A DNA stretch of 64,000 nucleotides. Source: Mobula birostris (Eukaryota). The DNA lies in the NCBI RefSeq assembly GCF_030028105.1, contig NC_092374.1, forward strand, positions 163,394,432 to 163,458,431, in the 5' to 3' direction. The position numbers and the translations under genes were made by a program. The notes beneath the pieces were generated by a model. It did not search any database, was not told the origin of the DNA, and saw nothing but the letters and a program-made list of their open reading frames with translations. Shown here one piece after another: positions 57,500 through 64,000 of the stretch (within the stretch, counting starts at the first letter, position 1; each line of letters begins with the position of its first letter).

Positions 57500-60400
57500 C
57501 CTTAAGACTCCCAAAATATGATAAAAAAGGTCCCCATTTCGAATAGAACTTTTGTACACCCCCTCAAAGTGAATTTAATCTTTTCTAATTTCAGAAAAAA
57601 ACATTACATCTTCTAACCAAGCAGCAGCAGTTGGGGGAGTGGCAGATTTCCAAACCAGCAAAATTCTCCTACGGGCCAATAGCGATGTAAATGCAATGAT
57701 ATCCGACTGGCTTGCATTTAAACCCAAATCATCATCTGCCACACCAAATACAGCTATCAGTGGGCAAGGTCTCAGTGTCACCCCCAAAACCTCACTGATA
57801 ATTTAAAAACCAGTGCCCAATAGTTACCAAGCCGAGGGCATGACCAAAATGCATGTACTAAACCAGCCGGAGAGAAGGAACACCTGTCACAGCCAGCGTC
57901 TGTCCCAGGGTATATGTCTGCCAGTCTGGCTTTACTTAAATGTACCCTGTGTAAAACTTTAAATTGTATGAGCCCCAGTCTAGCACATGATGATGAGAAA
58001 TGAACCCTATTCAAAACTTTTCCCCAACATTCCTCAGCCAGATCCATACTGAGGTCATCCTCCCACCTACTCTTAGTTTTGTTTAGATCTTGAACTCCCA
58101 AAGACATCAGCTGAGAGTATAGTTCAGAGATCAGCCCCTTATTGTTAAAGCTAAGAGTGAATTTTTCCCATAACATAGCAGGTGATAGATCAGGAAAAGA
58201 GGGAAATTTTTCCTTGACAAAGTGGCGAATCTGCAGGTATTTAAAAAAAATGATTATGCGGAAGGCCATACTTACCGCGCAGGTTATCGAAACTATCAAA
58301 TATGTTATCAGTATACAAATCCTTAATGCGCATAAGACCATTCAAACCCTATTGTCTGTAAGCTGAATCGAATGTGGAGGGAGGAAATAAATGTTTTTTA
58401 TGAATGGGGCCCAAAACTGAAGCTGATATGAACTTATAGTGGCAGCGAAATTGATTAAAAATTTTGAGGGTGGAGAGCACGACCTGGTTAAATGTGAATT
58501 GAGAGGATTTCAATGGCAAGGAAGAATACACCAAAGCTGAGAGAGACGAGGAGTGGCAAGACCGTGACTCAAGCAGGCACCAGATTATATCTGGCCGGTG
58601 AAGCCAAAATAATACTTTTTGAATGTTCGATGCCCAGTAATAATGAATAAAGCTGGGAAGACCCATTTCACCTACGTCACGACCTCTTTGGAGAGTGTGC
58701 TTATTAACCCTTGGGACCTTATTTTCCCAAATAAAGGAGGTTATAGCTTGGTCAACTGATTTAAAAAATAACCTAGATAAGAAAACTGGCAAACACTGAA
58801 ACAAATAGAGAAATCTAGGAAGTATAGTCATTTTCACTGACTGAATTCTCCCAGCTTTAGTAAGGGGTAAACTGTGCCATCTCTCGAAATCAGCCTTCAT
58901 TTGGCTAACCTGAGGCCTGTAGTTAGCGTCAAACAGAGATGTAAAAGAGTGAGTAATATGTATTCTTAGGTATACAAAACCATCTTGAGATAAAGGAAAA
59001 GGCAAGAATTCCTGTCGGATCTGTAGGGCCAAGTTATTAATGGGAAAGCATTTGCTTTTTTGAAAGTTCAGTTCAGTTTATAGCCAGAGAAGGCTCCAAA
59101 TTGACCTAATAATGACACAATAGCAGGACTACTACCTACAGGGTCGTTAACATAAAGTAAGAGGTCATCAGCATATAGGGAAACACGGTGTTCCATGTCC
59201 CCTCTTCTAACACCTTGAAATAATGTAGTTGACTTAAGTGCAATAGAAAGAGGCTCAGTTGCAATTGCAAAAAGAAGGGGGAACAGTGGGCAACCTTGGC
59301 GAGTGCCACGTGTTAATGGGAAATAGTCAGATCGAAAATAATTTGCCTGTATACATGCTAAAGGCGGGTGGTATAATAGCTTAACCCAAGCTATAAATAT
59401 TCTGCCAAATCCAAATTCTCCAAAACACTAAACAAGTATACCCACTCCACTCTATCAGACACCTTCTCCGCGTCCAAGGAGATAACAACCTCTGGACTTG
59501 GAGAATCACTGGGTGAATAAACCACATCAGCCAGTCGACGGATATTAAAAAAATAGCGATTTTTAATAAAACCTGTTTGATCATCTGAAATTATCTTGGG
59601 AAGGGGACGTTCTAAACGACATGCAAGCACTTTAGCCAAAACTTTCACATCTACCTTCAAAAGTGAGATGGGGCGATATGATCCACATTGAGTCGGGTCC
59701 TTGTCCTTCTTAAGAAGTAGTGAAATAGCTGCCTGTGAAAGAGAAGGGGGTAAGGAGCCATTCTCCAAAGATTCCTGAAACACTTCTAGAAGGACCGGTA
59801 TGAGCTTATCCTTAAATTTCTTATAAAATTCTATTGGATAACCATCAGGACCTGGGGACTTACCACTCTGGATAGCCATAATGGCATTATTAATCTCTTC
59901 CTGCCCAAGAGCCCGATCTAGGTTCTCCACCTCCTCTGGTTCAAGAGTTCGTATTTCCAAATTATCTAAAAGACGTTCCATATTTGTTTTATCTGAGGGG
60001 AACGCTGAGGCATACAAGGAGGAATAAAAAGTTGCAAAGATGTTATTAATTTCTTTTGGATTGCTTGTCAAGTTCTGGTGCGTGTCTCTTATCTGGGGAA
60101 TAAGTCGTGATGCAGTTTGACGTTTCAACTGATGAGCCATAAGCTGGCTCGCCTTGTCACCATATTCATAATAGAGGCCACGTGTCTTAAGAATTAATTG
60201 TTCTGATAGGTTTGTAGATAGAAGATTAAACTTCGCTTGCAAATCAAGCCGGCTTTTATATAATTCCGCAGTGGGTGCCTCAGAGTATTTTCTATCCAGG
60301 TCCAAAATAGATTGCAATAACACTTGCATTTCCTTCCTACGCTCTTTATTGGCATGTGAAGTATAAGATATTATTTGACCCCTCAAGTAAGCCTTTAAAG

Positions 60401-61274
60401 TTTCCCAAAGTAAGGAGTACGATATCGACTCAGTTTTGTTAGTCTCGAAAAATGTGTCAATGTTAGCCGATATATAACTACAAAATTTCTCATTAGAAAG
60501 CAAAAGGGGGTTAAGTCTCCACAGAGGCCGTTCTCTAACGTCTAAAGGAAAACATAGGTCCAGTTTCACGGGTGAGTGATCAGATATAACTATAGCAGTG
60601 TATTCAGTTTGTCTAATCATTGATATCAAGGAGTTATCTATAAAGAAATAGTCTAGCCTGGAATAGGAGTGGTGAACATGAGAGAAGAAAGAGAATTGCC
60701 TAACAGATGGATTCAAAAATTTCCAAGGATCCATATAACCATTTCATTGCATAAACATCGAGAAGGCCTTTGCCATACCAGAAAATGTTCCCCTAGGGCG
60801 AGACCTATCAAGCAGTGGGTGAACAGCACAGTTCAAATCTCTGGAAAAGATTAGTTTATGTGTATTCAGGTTAGGTATTAATGACAAAACCTTATTTGCA
60901 AATTGGACATCGTCCCAATTAGGAGCATAAACATTTACCAAAATAACAGGTATCTGAAAGAGAAAACCGGAGACTATAATAAAGCGACCATTAGGGTCAC
61001 TGATTACATCAGATGGTGTGAACTGCATTCTTTTGGGATTAATATTGCCACCCCCCTGGACCTACTATTAAATCTGGAATGAAAAACCTGACTAATTCAT
61101 GCTTTACGGTCTATTATGGTCCTCCACTCTTAAATGTGTCTCTTGTAGAAATAGTATATCTGCTTTTAATTGTTTCAGATGAGAGAAAACTTTAGCTCTT
61201 TTAACCAGACCATTGAGCCCCTTTACATTCCAAGAAATAAACCTCACAGGGTGGCCTCCATCAGCAGCACTCAT
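57500..61274 (-). pseudogene. L1 ORF2 (APE endonuclease, RT, Cys-rich C-terminus), several frameshifts
   Basis: SWNVKGLN, LQETHL, NVYAPN, SRLDY, SDHSP, KSPGPDG, YRPISLL, LDAEK, RQGCP, YADD, CDRC..HAFWSC. Confidence 0.92.
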
Positions 61275-61890
61275 GTCAACCATATCAAAAGACACACAGG
61301 GCCTACAATCCAAAACAGTGCGAGGGTATAAATTGCACACAATAACGCACAATGAAAAGAAAGTCTGATCACTCCATAACACAAAAGAATAAACTGCCAT
61401 GGTAATCCCCCAAAACACTCCCCCCACCCCTTTACACAAACAACAAAAAAACTCAATTAACCCCTGAAACCTAGATCTACCTCCCCGATTGAGGATGATC
61501 GCAGGCAGTACCCAACAAAAAACTTCCAAGGCGTTCCCCATACAGCCCAATCTTCAATCTAATCTCGGGTGGCTCCCCTCCTTAACATTTATCCAATCAC
61601 TTATACTACCTTTAATATAACATATAGGCTAAAGATGACACAGGTCAAGCTAAGCATTAAGAACAAAAAAAAACACTAGGCAACTTAAATGCCCGAGACA
61701 CAAATCTCAAATATTTACATTTTGCTGGTTGAAAGTTTTTGTTAATCAGTTTCGGCATCATAACAGTTCGACCCGATAGCGTTCCACAAATTAAACTGGA
61801 AAAAATGAACAAAGAAGTGGATTGTGAAAATTAACAGTTTGCCTCGGCACGAGGCCCCTTCCATGCTGCATGAATAACCTAAAAAAAAAG

Positions 61891-62792
61891 TCATTGCTCT
61901 TCTCGTTCTTCTTCTCCCCAGCGCGAATGGTAAGACTCTTTGGCCGCCTCTGGTGTATCGAAATAATGCTTTTTACCTTCATGCGTGACCCGGAGCTGGG
62001 CAGGATACAAGAGGCCGAACCTGACCCCTCTCCCGTAAAGCAGGGATTTCACCTCCTTGAAGGCTGCTCGTTTCTTACCCAGCTCCACACTAAAATCTTC
62101 ATAAAAAAACACGCGGTGTCCGCGGAAATACAGCTCCTGCTTCCGCCTATTGATGATGCGTTGCTTATCTTGAAAGGAGTGAACGCAAACCAGGAACGTT
62201 CTTGGTCTCGTTTGCTTGGCTCCAGAGACACCGGATGGTTTATGTCCGACTCGGTGAGCACGCGAAAGTATGAGAGGATTTGGGAAAAAATTTGTCCCCA
62301 GCACTTCGTCAGAAAACTTGGTCATAACTTTAACAGGGTCCGAACCTTCCAAATTTTCAGGAATGCCGACCACTCTCAAATTGGATTTCCGCGACCGATT
62401 TTCGAGGTCATCAAGCTTTCCCTTCAGAAACGCGTTTTCGCACTGTAACGCTGCAATGGCGGCTTCGGCGCTCACCAGTCGGTCACTGTAATCATTCAGG
62501 CCATCCTCAACCTCACGAATGCGTTCGTCGTGTAAGAAGACATAATTTGTTCTATGGTAGCATTCACTGGTGATAAAGCATCTTCAAGTTCTCTTTTTAG
62601 GGCAGAATGCCCTGCTTGCGTCATGTCAGAAATAAGTACTAAACGAAGCCTCTCCAAGTCATCGGGTAGCGCAGGTCCGGGTCCAGCTCCAGCAGCGTGC
62701 AACAGCGCCATTACTGTAACATCAGTCTTCTTACTCGAGGCTTCGCTACCTTTTTCCCCAGTTTTACTTCGAAGGTACATTCTATTTGCCAT
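61891..62792 (-). pseudogene. L1 ORF1 (coiled coil/RRM/CTD), one frameshift near 62530
   Basis: 'LDDLENRSRKSNLRVVGIPE..RAHRVG..PR..FYEDFS..GLLYPAQLRV'. Confidence 0.9.
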
Positions 62793-64000
62793 TTCAATGT
62801 CCCGCTATGTCCCGCGTTGTTCACAATGGTAAATATCCAGTTATCTCGAGCATACGGCAAAAATAAACAGGTAGATTTTCAATGAAAATCGGGAGCCACA
62901 CTCACACGCACCGACTCACTCCATACTCGACCCCGGAAGTCCCCAACTTTAGACTTTGTGGTGTATGGGTATACAATGATAAGGAAGGACAGAATTCTAG
63001 GGGGAGGAGGGGGTTCTGCAATGTTAATCAAACAAGGTGTATCATATAGGATATTGGAAAAAGGAGATGATCAGGAATACATAGTGGTGGAAGTGTGGGA
63101 GAGAGGGGAGGGAGTGGTTATAATTAACTACTACAATCCATGTAAAAGGTTGAATTTGGACAGCCTATTAAGGATAGAAGGACAAAACAGACATAAAGTA
63201 GTGTGGTGTGCAGCTTTCAATGCTCATAGCACAATATTGGGGGGGATATGATTACAGATTCAAATGGAAAGGTAATTGAAGATTTGATGGAAGAAAGGAA
63301 TTTGGTGTGTATGAATGATGGTAGAGGAACAAGGATAGATATAACAACAGGAATTGAGTCAGTGTTAGACATTACGTTAGTGTCTAATACCTTGGCTGGC
63401 AATAGTAACTGGGGAGTTTGGACAGCTTCAACAGTAGGCAGTGATCACTACCCAGTTTTATGTTCAGCGGGTGAAAGAGTTGAAGTAAGACCAGGTGGTG
63501 GAATCCCAAAGTGGGTGTTTGGAAAAGCAGATTGGGATAAGATCCAGAAGTTGATTGAAGAGGCATTGACAAAGATTGACATTTCTGGAAATATAGATGA
63601 ATTAAACAGTCAGGTGACTTCAGCAATTATCATGGCAGCAGAAGGATTTATACACAGGAGTAAAAATAGGATGAATAGGAAACTGGTACCATGGTGGACA
63701 GAGCAATGTTGTCAGGCTGTAAAAAACAGAAATAGAGCATTCAGGCTAGTTAATAGAACCCTTAATATGCAGCATTTGATTCAATATAAGAAGGTACAGG
63801 CAGTGGTGAAAAGAACTATATGTCAAGCTAAAAGGGAAAGTTGGAGGAGTTTTTGCAACAAAATAGGAAGAACAACACCTGTGGGAGAGGCATGGGGAAT
63901 GATTAAGAGGATGGGAGGAGATAGAAGGGAATAGGAATATCCAGTAAAGATACCTGAGGAGGAAACAGCAGTCTCCAGTAGGGATAAGGCTGAGATCATG

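Larger units (their letters stand above)
57145..62942 (-). mobile_element. Full-length (~5.8 kb) L1-clade LINE, frameshifted
   Basis: TSD CCAACTTTAGACTTTGT at 57128-57144 and 62943-62959; 5' end GGACTTCCGG; A-rich 3' end. Confidence 0.95.
55520..64000 (+). mobile_element. Nimb/I-group LINE (ORF1 ~55776-56996; ORF2 from 57005, resuming at 62943 and running off the window), interrupted by L1; 5' boundary approximate
   Basis: ORF1 with three Cys/His knuckles 'RCFNCQRFGHVAKNC..CARCGGDHEYGKC..CCNCGGAH'; EN motifs WNARSL, CIQET, NYYNP, FNAH, LDITL, GSDHYP; multiple stops. Confidence 0.85.

Noticed and set aside
61870-62448. 192-aa plus-strand ORF antisense to L1 ORF1
   Set aside because: Shadow frame of ORF1 with no motifs; no evidence for an ORF0-like product

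Overview
This is eukaryotic, AT-rich, transposon-dense DNA with no prokaryotic genes, rRNA, tRNA genes or CRISPR arrays. The repeat complement suggests a cartilaginous fish, possibly a ray (inference): CR1 LINEs with an SGNH-esterase ORF1, HE1/V-type SINEs, Rex1/Babar LINEs, Penelope-like elements (PLEs), Sushi-type chromoviral Gypsy elements, Tc1, L1, Tx1 and a Nimb/I-group LINE. Nearly every ORF in the track is a decayed TE fragment or its antisense frame. No host gene can be identified; two weak candidate minus-strand exons lie near 1.5 and 2.55 kb. The most notable signal is a set of about a dozen PLE pseudo-LTR insertions, most carrying a minimal type-I hammerhead ribozyme motif (CAGTC-CTGANGA-stem II-GAAACGTC-GACTG). 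Six have fold-back (inverted) architecture, five with 13-15 bp TSDs, and three are 160-260 bp and entirely non-coding. Other highlights: a Tc1 derivative with two copies of the same end, a full-length L1 inside a Nimb-like LINE with a 17-bp TSD, two deeply nested Gypsy elements, and a PNMA-like gag fragment with a tRNA-Pro PBS. All calls were made by eye, family names come from motif recognition rather than database search, and boundaries without TSD or TIR support are approximate.
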